NCBI GenBank assembly: GCA_963792585.1
Contig: CAWBWI010000003.1
Location: forward strand, 224,001-288,000
Direction: 5' to 3'
Source of the DNA: Candidatus Eiseniibacteriota bacterium
GTDB lineage: Bacteria > Eisenbacteria > RBG-16-71-46 > CAIMUX01 > VGJL01
DNA: 64,000 nt
Shown: one piece after another, positions 39,726 to 52,011 of the stretch
How positions within the stretch are numbered: position 1 is the first letter of the stretch
Layout of the letters: each line of letters begins with the position of its first letter
Notes under the pieces: model-generated
Database searches by the model: none
Seen by the model: only the letters and a program-made list of their open reading frames with translations
What the model was told of the DNA's origin: nothing
Program-made: the position numbers and the translations under genes

Positions 39726-40510
39726 CTGGAGGACTCCGGTCGAGATAGCCGCGGGCTTCCCGACACCGGATCTGCGAAGACCCGGACCATGACCCCGAAT
39801 ATCTCCTCGATGCGCTGGCTCGTGAGCACCTCCGCAGGGGTCCCGTCGGCAACGATCCGGCCACCCTTGAGACCGAGGATCCGGCCAGCGTAGGAGGCGG
39901 CGACCTCGAGATGGTGATCCGCCACGAGGACAAGGCGACCGTCGGCAGCAAGATCCGAAAGCAGTCGATAGACCTCATCCTGATACTGAAGATCGAGGCT
40001 CGCAACCGGCTCATCGAGCAGGAGGACCGGTGCATCCTGGACGACGGCCCGCGCGATCAAGGCGCGTTGCCACTCCCCTCCGCTCAGCGTGTCCACGTCC
40101 CGACCCGCGAGGGCGCCCAGCCCAACCCGCTCCAGTGCGGCCTGCACGGTGGCCGACTCACCCGGCGCCGCGCGAAGGGGCCGGCTAATCCGATAGCGAC
40201 CTACCCGCACCATTTCATATAGGGTCATCGCGAAGACCGTCTCCGCTCGTTGAGGAACCCACGCCGCGAGCCCTGCGATCTCCAGCGCCCCCAGCCCCGT
40301 GAGGGACCTCCCACCGATGGAGACCTCGATTCCCTCACCCCGGATGAGCCCGGCTGCCGTCTTCAGAAGGGTGGATTTGCCCGAACCGTTCCGGCCGACG
40401 AGGGCGACAACCCCAGGACCATCCAGGGATAACTCAATGTCACGCAGGATGGTGTTGCGCCCGTACCCGATGCCGGCCGCTCGAATCCTTAGGCTGGGCG
40501 CGGAAGTCAC
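39722..40510 (-). CDS. Iron-chelate/cobalamin ABC transporter ATPase
   Basis: GRNGSGKST, LSGGEWQR, LLDEP; start GTG 40510 is tentative. Confidence 0.9.
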   Translation of the reverse strand: MTSAPSLRIRAAGIGYGRNTILRDIELSLDGPGVVALVGRNGSGKSTLLKTAAGLIRGEGIEVSIGGRSLTGLGALEIAGLAAWVPQRAETVFAMTLYEMVRVGRYRISRPLRAAPGESATVQAALERVGLGALAGRDVDTLSGGEWQRALIARAVVQDAPVLLLDEPVASLDLQYQDEVYRLLSDLAADGRLVLVADHHLEVAASYAGRILGLKGGRIVADGTPAEVLTSQRIEEIFGVMVRVFADPVSGSPRLSRPESSR

Positions 40511-40578
40511 AATCGCCCCACACCAGGCGGCCAAACGACTTGTCTCCTGGGTGCGCAGTCCGCTATACTTGTAAACGA

Positions 40579-41016
40579 ATGATGACACACAACGCCCGCA
40601 TCAACTCCGACCGTCGCCGGCGTCCGACCCCGGCCATCTCGCGGTTTGCGATCCTTGGGGGTCGGCGGACCATTCGGCGCCGCGGGACGGATCCGGCGAC
40701 CTACTATGTCGATCGGCTGGGAGGACCCGTTTGGCTGGTCCTCCTCGCGATATTCCTTTTCCAAGTGCTCGACGCCTACTTCACTCTGGCCCACCTCCGC
40801 AATGGTGGCGTCGAACTGAACCCGCTGATGGGGCGCCTCATCGACTGGGGCGATGCCCTCTTCATCGGTGTGAAGCTCAGCGTGTCGGCGATGGGTCTCT
40901 GGTTCTTGGGGATTCACAAGAATTTCCCCTTGGTCAAGCCGGGCCTGGCCATCCTCTTTGCGCTCTTCGCGGGCGTCGTGGGCTGGCATTGCATCCTGGC
41001 CGCAGGATTGAGTTAG
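40579..41016 (+). CDS. Small membrane protein, DUF5658-like
   Basis: DRRRRPTP...GGRR..RR N-terminus, LDAYFT....GG.ELNPLM motif. Confidence 0.7.
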   Translation: MMTHNARINSDRRRRPTPAISRFAILGGRRTIRRRGTDPATYYVDRLGGPVWLVLLAIFLFQVLDAYFTLAHLRNGGVELNPLMGRLIDWGDALFIGVKLSVSAMGLWFLGIHKNFPLVKPGLAILFALFAGVVGWHCILAAGLS

Positions 41017-41044
41017 TCCGTCCCTCCGTCCCCTCTCGCACCTC

Positions 41045-41071
41045 GGCCCGGGCGTTCGTCGCGCCCGGGCC
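41045..41071. terminator. Hairpin between convergent genes
   Basis: GGCCCGGGCG-N7-CGCCCGGGCC, perfect 10-bp stem followed by TCTTCCTTC. Confidence 0.5.
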
Positions 41072-41099
41072 TCTTCCTTCGGGAAGCTCGGATCCGGCA

Positions 41100-41696
41100 C
41101 TAACGCGGTTGTGTGCCGAAGTCCACCTTCGGCGGCGTCGCCGCCTCGGGCGCGGCCTCGAAGGGGGTCGCTTGGCCGAAATGGAAGACCGATGCAATGA
41201 TCACGGCGGGGAAGGTTCGTACGCGGACGTTGTAGTCGCGAACCTCCTCGTTGTACCGGCGCCGCTCGACAGCGATGCGGTTCTCCGTCCCCGCGAGCTC
41301 ATCCTGTAACCGCAGGAACCCCTCGTTCGCCTTGAGATTGGGGTAATTCTCGACGACGACCATCAGGCGGCTCAACGCTCCCGTCAGTTCGTTGTTCGCC
41401 TTGATCTGATCAGAAATCGGTGCGCCTTGCGAGCCGGCTACCTTCGCGCGGGCTTCGGTCACACGGATGAGCACATCCTGCTCGTGGATCGCGTATCCCT
41501 TCACGGTTTCGACGAGGTTCGGGATCAGGTCGAGCCGGCGTTGTAGGACTGTCTGGACCTGTGCCCACGAGGCTTTCATGCTCTCCTGCTGCTTGACGAG
41601 GCCGTTGTATGTGCCCTGGACGTAACCGATCAAGCCGAGTACAACGACCACGATGACGGCGAGAACGGCCAACGTGATGATGGTTCCGCGCTTCAT
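41100..41696 (-). CDS. lemA: LemA family protein
   Basis: N-terminal TM, QRRLDLIPNLVETVKGYA.HE, ENYPNLKAN, GTENRIAVERRRYN. Confidence 0.95.
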   Translation of the reverse strand: MKRGTIITLAVLAVIVVVVLGLIGYVQGTYNGLVKQQESMKASWAQVQTVLQRRLDLIPNLVETVKGYAIHEQDVLIRVTEARAKVAGSQGAPISDQIKANNELTGALSRLMVVVENYPNLKANEGFLRLQDELAGTENRIAVERRRYNEEVRDYNVRVRTFPAVIIASVFHFGQATPFEAAPEAATPPKVDFGTQPR

Positions 41697-41722
41697 GCTT
41701 TCCTCCCTGTCCTTCAGTCTGC

Positions 41723-42448
41723 TTACGCCCCTTGCGCGGGGCGGTCGGCCCTGTTCGCGACCGTCTCGATCAGAGTCAGCGTGCGCTCGTATAGGGCGAA
41801 CGCATCGTCCCGGTTCGGCTTCCTTCCGTAACGCGCCTCGTGGAGCTGCTCCAATACGAATGCATCGAGCCCGAGGGTCTTCGCCGCCTCCCCGCGGAAT
41901 GCGGGTCCCTGGAGCTTCCAATCCGCGCCCTCAATGAAGAGCATCCCGCGGAGGATCGCATCGATCGCCGGCAGCGCGCCGGCCAGATATCCCGCCATGC
42001 TCTGATGTCGCCCCCATGACTCGATGAATCCGCGACGCAGCAATAGATTCTTGCCTTTCGCCTCACGCTCCACTTGAACTCGAACGTGCTCGATCGACGG
42101 CTTCAAACCGGCGAGTGGGTCCTTCCCGGCGAGCACCTTGTAGGCCGACAGCATGCCCAAAATCTCGAGTGGATACGAGTCGGTCGACTGCTCCAGAAAG
42201 GCTGGGTCGACGATCAGGGGGGTGGCGATCCTCGATCTTGCCCACTTCTTCATCCTGCCCTGGAGAAACCTCAGCACATCCGCCGAGACGGGCTCCGCAA
42301 TGAGCAGGAAGTTCAGATCGCTCCGACCGGGAACATGGCTGGACGTTGCCGCGCTCCCATACAGCACCACGGAACGGATCGTTCCCGCCCCGAGCGGCTC
42401 TAGATCCGAGAGGAAGTCACGAACGATGGTGTCGAGATCCTTTGGCAT
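41723..42448 (-). CDS. Pol-beta-like nucleotidyltransferase-domain protein with degenerate catalytic motif
   Basis: SVVLYGSAA.......SDLNFLL (GS...DxN in place of DxD), DSYPLE, helical C-terminus. Confidence 0.72.
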   Translation of the reverse strand: MPKDLDTIVRDFLSDLEPLGAGTIRSVVLYGSAATSSHVPGRSDLNFLLIAEPVSADVLRFLQGRMKKWARSRIATPLIVDPAFLEQSTDSYPLEILGMLSAYKVLAGKDPLAGLKPSIEHVRVQVEREAKGKNLLLRRGFIESWGRHQSMAGYLAGALPAIDAILRGMLFIEGADWKLQGPAFRGEAAKTLGLDAFVLEQLHEARYGRKPNRDDAFALYERTLTLIETVANRADRPAQGA

Positions 42449-42457
42449 CCATCCCTC

Positions 42458-43243
42458 CTAGTAGCCGCTCGACGCGCCGCCGCCGCCGCTTGAGCCTCCA
42501 CCAAACCCCCCGAAACCACCCCCACTTCCACCTGAACCGCCGCCGAACCCCCCAAATCCACCAAATCCTCCGGGGAATCCGCCATAGAATCCCCCTCCCC
42601 GGCCCCGACCAAACACCGATCGCAGAATGATGATCAGCAGGATGATGACGATGATCGAGACGGCTCCCGGTGTTTGCGAGGTCCTGGGTCTTTGGCGAAG
42701 GAACCTCCCGCCCGCGAGGGAGTCCGCCGCTGCAGGATCGATCCCGACCTCTCCAAAGGCGATCCCTGTCACGACCCGAAGGGCCGCAAGGTACGCCGCG
42801 CCCCGTTGTCCTTGCTGGAGCAGCGGGACCGCGTAGTCGTGAATGATCGACCCAACCTTGCCGTCCGGAAGCGCCCCTTCGAGGCCGTAGCCCACCTCGA
42901 TCCGAATCCTCCGCTCGGCGACCCCGTCGAGCAGCAAGATACCCCGGTCGCCTCCCTTCTTCCCGATTCCCCACTGTTCGTAGATCCGATTCGCCGCGTC
43001 ATCGACATCGTAGTCGCCGAGAGTGGGAAGAGTGACGACGGCCATCTCGATCCCACTCCGACGCTCAACGGCATCGAGGTATGCCGTGATTGCGGCTTCT
43101 TCCGCATCCGTGAGGACGTCGCCGAAGTCGTTCACATACCCGATCGGGTCCGGGAAGCGGTCGGCCCCGCTCGTCGGAACAGCGATGAGGAAAAGGAGGG
43201 CGACCGTGGCGACGAGGGATCTTATCGTCTCACCCCGACCCAA
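42458..43243 (-). CDS. TPM domain (YgcG-like) membrane protein
   Basis: GYVNDFGDVL, WGIGKKG.DRGILL, RIEVGYGLEG.LPD, TM, Gly-rich tail GGGSSGGGGAS. Confidence 0.93.
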   Translation of the reverse strand: MGRGETIRSLVATVALLFLIAVPTSGADRFPDPIGYVNDFGDVLTDAEEAAITAYLDAVERRSGIEMAVVTLPTLGDYDVDDAANRIYEQWGIGKKGGDRGILLLDGVAERRIRIEVGYGLEGALPDGKVGSIIHDYAVPLLQQGQRGAAYLAALRVVTGIAFGEVGIDPAAADSLAGGRFLRQRPRTSQTPGAVSIIVIILLIIILRSVFGRGRGGGFYGGFPGGFGGFGGFGGGSGGSGGGFGGFGGGSSGGGGASSGY

Positions 43244-46200
43244 ACGGTCCGGCCGGGCCCAAGGTCGATCGTCGTCTCTTGATCGACGGGGCCACGACCG
43301 CGGACGATCTCGGTGGCCAAGGTTTCCTCAGCGATCCCCTTGCCGTGACGGGCGACGAGCAACTCGTCCTCGGGCAGCTCCCCATCCCAACAAAGGGTGA
43401 TTCGATCCTCCACGGCATATCCGGCCTTCTTACGCATGTCCTGAACGCAGCGTACGACCTCACGGGCGTGCCCCTCGACAAGCAGATCCGGGGTGATGTC
43501 GGTGTCGAGCGCCACCAGGAGGCTGTGGTCGTACGAGAGGGCCAGGCCCGGGTGGGGCTGATAGACCAACTCGAACTCCCCGGACTCGAGTTCCTGATCC
43601 CCGACCCGCAGGCGCCCGCCGGGGAGCAGCTCCCACCGGCCGTCCTTTGCCTGGCCCTGGACCATCTTCATCGAGCCGCCCAGGCGTTTCCCGAGTAGCG
43701 GGAAGTTCAGCTTCACGACGGCATCGCCCAGGTCCGGCGCGGCGCGATCCGTGCGAATCTCCTTGATGTTCAGCTCCTCGGCAATCTCGCGTAGCAGGCC
43801 GTCCCCGAGCTCGGGCAGCCGGCCGGTGAGAGGAACGAGCCACATCGAGGCGAGGGGCTGGCGCACCCGGATCTGAACCTTCTCTCGCGCCCCCCGACCC
43901 AGCCGAACCGCGCGGAGAACCCACTCCATGCGCCTGTTCGCCTCTTCGTCGATCAGGTCCGCGCGCGGCCTCCGGGTAGTCGGTCAGGTGCACGCTCTCG
44001 GGGGCCATGCCTGCATCCCGCAACGGGCCGGTCAGATTGCGCCATATTTCATCTGCAAGGAACGGGGATCACCGGCGCGACGAGCCGCGCGTAGGTTGTC
44101 AGCACGTGGTAGAGGGTCCTGTAGGCGAAGACCTTGTCCTCGTCTCCCCTCTCGCCAGAAACGCCGGCGGCTGCGCCGTACGTACCAGGTCGAGAGGTCG
44201 TCCACGAACGCCTCGGCCGAGCGGATCGCGCCGTCGACGTCATAGCGATCCAATCGGGTCCGGAAATCTCCGATCAGGCCATGCAGGGCGGACAGGATCC
44301 AGCGGTCCAGGGGGTTGGGGCTCTTCCCGAGCGTCTCTTCCACCTGTGCCGTTCTCGGGTCGAAGCCGTCGAGTTCGGCGTAGGTGACGAAGAACCCGTA
44401 CACGTTCCAGAGCGTCAGGATCTTCCGACGAACCTCGTCGGCAACGTGGTAGCCAAACCGCAGATTGAAGACTGGATTGTATGCGCAGTAGAGCCAGCGC
44501 ATCACATCCGCTCCCATCTTCTCGACTGCGTCGTCGAACCAGATCGCGTTCCCCCGGCTCTTGTGCATCGGCTGACCCTTCTCGTCGAAGACCTTTTCGT
44601 ACGAGAAGACGGCCTTATACGGGGCCCGCCCTGTCAATGTGACCGACATGAACATCATCGAATAGAACCAGAGTCGCACCTGCTCGCGCATCTCCGAGAT
44701 CAGCTCGGCCGGGAACCACTTCTCCCAGTAGGTCCGATCCTCGTAAGTACTTGAGCGTCGAGAAAGCGACAATCCCCGCGTCCAGCCAGCAGTCACCGAC
44801 GTCACGGATCCGGGCCGCCTCGCTTCCACACTGGGGACATTGGATCAGGATTTCGTCGATCCAAGGGCGGTGCAATTCGGGTAGCTCGTCGACCAACTTC
44901 GGCGCAACCGCACGCTGACGCAGTTCTTCGCGCGTCCCGATGATCGTCAGGTGCCGTCCCTCGCACCAATAGAACGGCAGCGGCAATCCCCAGAAGCGTT
45001 TCCGGGAGATGCACCAATCTCCCATGTTGTTGTACCAGTCCTGCACACGCTTGCCGACGGACTCGGGAACCCAGTTGACTTTCTCGGCCTCCGCCTTCAT
45101 CAGCGGCCGGATCTCATCGCGAGGAGATGAACCATTCGTACTCCACCCGGAATACGAGCTTCTCCTTGCACCGCCAGCAGTGCGGGTAGCGGTGCTCGTA
45201 TGGCTCGGAACGGAAGAAGAGGCTCTTTCTCTTCGAGATCGTCGAGAATCGGCTTCTCCACATCGTGGACGTCCATGCCGGTCAGCCAGCCGAAGCCGTC
45301 GAGATAGATTCCGTACTCGTCGAGCGGCGCGATGGTCGGAAGGCCGTGCTCCTTACCTAGAAGGTTGTCTTCCTCGCCGCAGCCCGGAGCGATGTGGACG
45401 ATGCCCGCCCCTTCTTCCTCGCCGACGTCGCCCCACGGAATCACCCGGTGTTCGATCTCTCGCGCGATCGGCAGGTCGTCAAAGGGCCCGTCGTAGCGCC
45501 ACCCCACCATGTCGGCGCCGCGAACGGTCCCCAGAACCTCACCCTTACCCTTGCATCGCCGTTTTCAGGGCTCCCCGGCTCACGTAGTAGACCTGTCCGT
45601 CGAGAGCGACGCGGGCGTACTCAAGGTCAGGGTTCACCGCCGCGGCGACATTCGATGTCAGCGTCCAGGGCGTCGTCGTCCAGACCAGCAACGACTCCCC
45701 AGGCCGTTCCTTCAGAGGGAACCGAAGGAAGACGGACGTGTCCCTGATCAGTTCGTAGCCGTCGGCGAGTTCGTGCTGAGAGAGGCTCGTTCCGCAGCGC
45801 GTGCACCAAGGCATCGCCTTGTGCCCCTCGTAGAGCCACTTCTTCTCGTGGCAGATCTTGAGGAAGCGCCAGATGTACTCGATGTTCGTGTCGGACATCG
45901 TGTAGTACGAATCGTCCCAGCGCATCCACTGCCCCAAGCGACGGGATTGCTCCGCCTGGATTTCGCTGAACCGATCGACCCGCGCGCGGCAGGCGCGGGA
46001 GAACTTGTCGAGTCCGTAGTCCTCGATATCGCGCTTGGAGTTGAAACCGAGATCCCGTCTCGGTTTCCACCTCGAGCCAGAGCCCCTGGCAGTCGAACCC
46101 GTTCTGGTAGCGTTGCTCGAAGCCGCGCATCGCCATGTAGCGTTGGTAGACGTCCTTGTAGGTCCGCCCCCACGCGTGGTGGACGCCCATCGGGTTGTTG

Positions 46201-46349
46201 GCGGTGATCGGACCGTCGATGAAGGACCAGTGCCGTCGCCCTTCGTTCAGGGCAATGCGGGCCTCGAAGATGCGCCGATCGCGCCAGAAGTCGAGGATCC
46301 TGTGCTCGAGGGCAATGAAGTCTTCCTTCGGATCCACGGGCTTGAACAT
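43222..46349 (-). CDS. ileS: Isoleucine--tRNA ligase, type 2 (multiple frameshifts, probably sequence errors)
   Basis: Fragments in several frames: [74 protein letters not shown]. Confidence 0.93.
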
Positions 46350-46376
46350 CTATCCTCCAAGTTGTCGCGGAGACGA

Positions 46377-47026
46377 CTACTCGCGGGCGGAGTGAAGCGC
46401 GTAGGTGAGCCCTTCGAGCTCGATCGTGATGTCGACGTTACGCAGCCGGGCGTGATTTCCGCGTATCGATCTTCTCGGGGGCGAAATTGAGGAATCCTCG
46501 AATCCCGGCCTCCCGCAGCCGATCGTAGGCCGCCTGCGCAGCCGTGCCGGGAATCGGCGACGATCGCCAGCTCCGCCCCGGTGGACTGGATGGTGACGGA
46601 CGCCTCATCGATGTGACGGATCCGAACTCCATCCCAGCTCTGCCCAACCTTGGAGGGGTCGACATCGAAAACCGCGACGATCTCGAACCCGTGCTTCGAG
46701 AAATCCTTGTACGAGCAGAGCGCGTGCCCCAGGTTCCCGGCTCCTGCGAGTACGACCTTCCAGCTTCTCTGGAGACCGAGGATCGACTTGATCTCCGATT
46801 TCAACGCCGAAACCTGATAGCCGCGCCCCCTCTTCCCGAAGGTGCCGAAATACGAGAGATCCTTCCGAATCTGGGCCGAATTCGTCCCGGCGAGATCGGC
46901 GAGTGCCGCCGACGAGATGACGTCCATTCCTTTCGCCTCGATATCCTCGAGGATCCGGTAGTAGGTCGATAGCCGTCGGACGGTGAAGTCCGAGATCTTG
47001 GGACCCTGGTTGCGCAACATGTGCAT
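46377..47026 (-). CDS. rex: Redox-sensing transcriptional repressor Rex (two apparent frameshifts near the 3' end)
   Basis: RRLSTYYR, SAQIRKDLSYFGTFGKRGRGY, GAGNLG; LNFAP and VDITIELE in shifted frames. Confidence 0.92.
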
Positions 47027-47072
47027 AGTCACCCTCCGCGCGGCCGATTCCGGCCGCCCGGGCCTTCCTCGT

Positions 47073-49660
47073 TTACTCCGCGGCCTCTCCTTCAGAAGAT
47101 TCGTCCTCGGTCGGCGGGTTCTCACCATCCGCCGGTGCTTCATCGGTCGGGATCTCGGCCCCTACGACGCCATCGGCCGGCCCCTCCCCGGCGGCAAGCG
47201 GGGCAGCTGTACTTTCGTCGTCGCCGGTCGCGAGGTGGGCCACGTCCGTGACACGATCCCCCTCGTCGAGCTGAATCAAGCGCACTCCTTGCGTGGCCCG
47301 TCCGAGGACCGTCACCTGCTTCAGGCGGAGTCGAATCACTTGTCCGCCCTGGCTCATCACCATCAGCTCGTCTCGGTCCTGCACCGCCTTGATCGCCACG
47401 ACCGTTCCGTTCCGGCCGGAGATGCGGACATTGAGCACCCCTTGCCCTCCCCGCCCCGTGAGTCGGTAGTCGTCAATCCGACTGCGCTTTCCGTACCCAT
47501 GCTCCGTGACGGTCAGGAGGGTAACGTCCGGCTCTCGGATTACGACCATGCCAACCACTTCGTCATCCGCCCCGCGCAGCCTGACGCCGGCAACGCCGCT
47601 CGATACGCGGCCCATGGGACGGCAGCGCGACTCCTCAAAGCGGATTGCCTTGCCCTTCTTCGTGGCCAGGACGATCTCTCTCTTTCCGTCGGTCAGCTCG
47701 GCTGCCATCAGCGTGTCGTTCTCGCGGAGAACGATCGCTTGGATTCCCGCCCGCCTGGGGTTCGCATAGGCGCGCAGCGGCGTCTTCTTGATCCGTCCCA
47801 TACGGGTCGCCAGCATCAGGAAGCTGACCTCGTCGAACTCTCGGACGGGGACGTACGCCGTTATCCGATCGTCCCGGCTGATCTGGACGACGTTCAGGAT
47901 CGAGCGTCCTCGCGCGGCGCGCGCCGCCTGCGGAATTTCGTGAACCTTCAACCAATGGCATCGGCCCCTGTTCGTGAACAGCAAGATGTAGCTGTGCGTC
48001 GAGGCTACAAACAGGTGCTCGACCCAGTCGTCATCCTTCGTCGCCGCCCCGGTGAGGCCCTTACCGCCGCGATGTTGACTGCGGTAGCTGGCCATCGGCA
48101 CTCGCTTGATATAGCCGAGGTGGCTGATCGTGATCACGACGTCCTCGTCGGGGATCAGATCTTCGATGTCGAAGCCGCCGATCTCCTCACCGATCGCGAT
48201 TTCAGTCCTTCGTTCGTCGGCGAACTTCTCCCTCATCGCGCTCAACTCGTCCTTGATGATGCCTAGCACCAAGGAGCGGTGCGCGAGCACGCTCTTGTAG
48301 TACTCGATCCGCTTCATCACCTCGGCATACTCGTCCTCGATCTTCTGCCGTTCGAGGCCGGTGAGCCGCTGTAGTCTCATGTCGAGGATCGCATTCGCCT
48401 GGATCTCGCTCAGCCCGAAGGTCGCCATCGAGACCGGTTCTGGCCGCTTCCGTGTCCGGCGAAGCCTTGATCAAAGCGATCACTGCGTCGATGTTGTCGA
48501 GCGCGATCCGGTATCCCTCGAGAATATGAGCTCGCTTCTCCGCTTCGGACAAGTCGTAGCGGGTCCGCGCTTCGACAACGACGATCCGGTGGTCCACGAA
48601 GACCTGGAGCATCTCCTTCAGGTTCAGAACCCGCGGACGATTCCCGACCAGGGCCAGCATGTTGGCGCCGAATGTCGTCTGCATCGCGTGTGCTTGTAGA
48701 GTTGGTTCAGCACGACCTTTGGTTGGGCGTCGCGCTTGAGCTCGATGACGACTCGCAGTCCTTCGCGATCCGACTCGTCACGGATGTCGGAGATCCCGGC
48801 GATGCTCGCCGTCCTTCACGAGGGAAGCGATTCTCTCGACGAGCGCCGATTTGTTGACCATGTATGGGATCTCGGTGACGATGATTGCATCGCGTCCGCC
48901 CGCGGATTTCTGTCGATCGTCGCCCGTGCGCGCACGAATATCAGGCCGTGCCCCTGCGTGTACGTGTCCCGAATCCCCTGTCGGCCGAGGATGATCCCCG
49001 CCGTTGGGAAGTCCGGCCCCTTGATGTACTCGCATCAGATGCATCGATCCCGCAATCGGGGTTGTCGATCAGGTGGATGGTCGCATCGATCGTCTCTCCC
49101 ATGTTGTGCGGAGGGATGTTCGTCGCCATGCCAACTGCGATCCCGCTCGAACCGTTCACCATCAGGTTCGGGAATGCCGACGGAAGCACGACCGGCTCCA
49201 TGCGGGTCTCGTCGTAGTTCGGCCGGAAGTCGACCGTCTCCTTTTCGATATCGCGAAGCATCTCCTCCGCAATGCTCGACAGCCGCGCTTCCGTGTACCG
49301 TTCGGCCGCCGCCGCATCTCCGTCGACCGAACCGAAGTTGCCCTGACCATCCACGAGCGGGTAGCGAAGCGAGAACGGTTGGACCATCCGGACCATGGTG
49401 TCGTAGACGGCGACCGTCCCGTGCGGGTGGTAGTTACCCGTTACGTCTCCGGTGATCTTCGCACTCTTCCGGTATGGTCGGTCGTGATAGAGCGAGAGGT
49501 CGTTCATGGCGACCATGATCCTTCGGTGCACGGGCTTCAGCCCGTCCCGTGCATCCGGCAGGGCACGCGATACGATGACGCTCATCGAGTAGTCGATGTA
49601 GGATGACTTCATCTCGTCCTCGATGGTGACGGGGACGAGTCTTTGGGTCGGCGTTTCCAT
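47073..49660 (-). CDS. gyrA: DNA gyrase subunit A (multiple frameshifts, probably sequence errors)
   Basis: [39 protein letters not shown], GyrA-box QHRGGKG, beta-pinwheel repeats, acidic tail. Confidence 0.95.
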
Positions 49661-49707
49661 CTTCGCTCGGGTCTCTCCTCGCGCCTATCTATGGCGCGTC
49701 CAGTTTC

Positions 49708-51624
<1,917 letters not shown>

Positions 51625-51628
<4 letters not shown>

Positions 51629-51988
51629 CGCTTCTGCCGTCCTTCTCCTGGGCGGTGCAGGACTCGAATGTCCCGAATCCCCGTTCCCGGGTAACGTTGT
51701 CTGATTCTCTCCAGCATCACCGGCTTGAGATACAGCCAGTGATTCGCCTGGGTCGCGTTCTCCACCCCGACCACAAGATCCCCCTCTCGATTCGCAGCGG
51801 ACGTCGACTCACGCGCTGCGGCAGACCCCAACGACGTCTTCCCACTCAACGAAGATTCGCCGGTCCTCGATCGCGCGGCGTAGTCCTTGTCTCCCAAGAA
51901 ACGACTCCAGCGCCTCCCCGATGGTCCGCGGTCGTCCCCCACGCCTTGAGGATGCGCTGTCCGTCTGTCGGGGCTGCCGGGTGCTCAT
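51625..51988 (-). CDS. DUF721/DciA family protein (frameshifted)
   Basis: PRTIGEAL..FL...GL......IF.EW.DVVG then G.LVVGVEN; typical position between dnaN and gyrB. Confidence 0.7.
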
Positions 51989-52011
51989 TCGAACCCCTGC
52001 TGGGGTCAGCG

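Noticed and set aside
42470..42610. Low-complexity CCN-rich repeats resembling a tandem repeat or array
   Set aside because: They encode the Gly/Phe-rich tail typical of TPM proteins.
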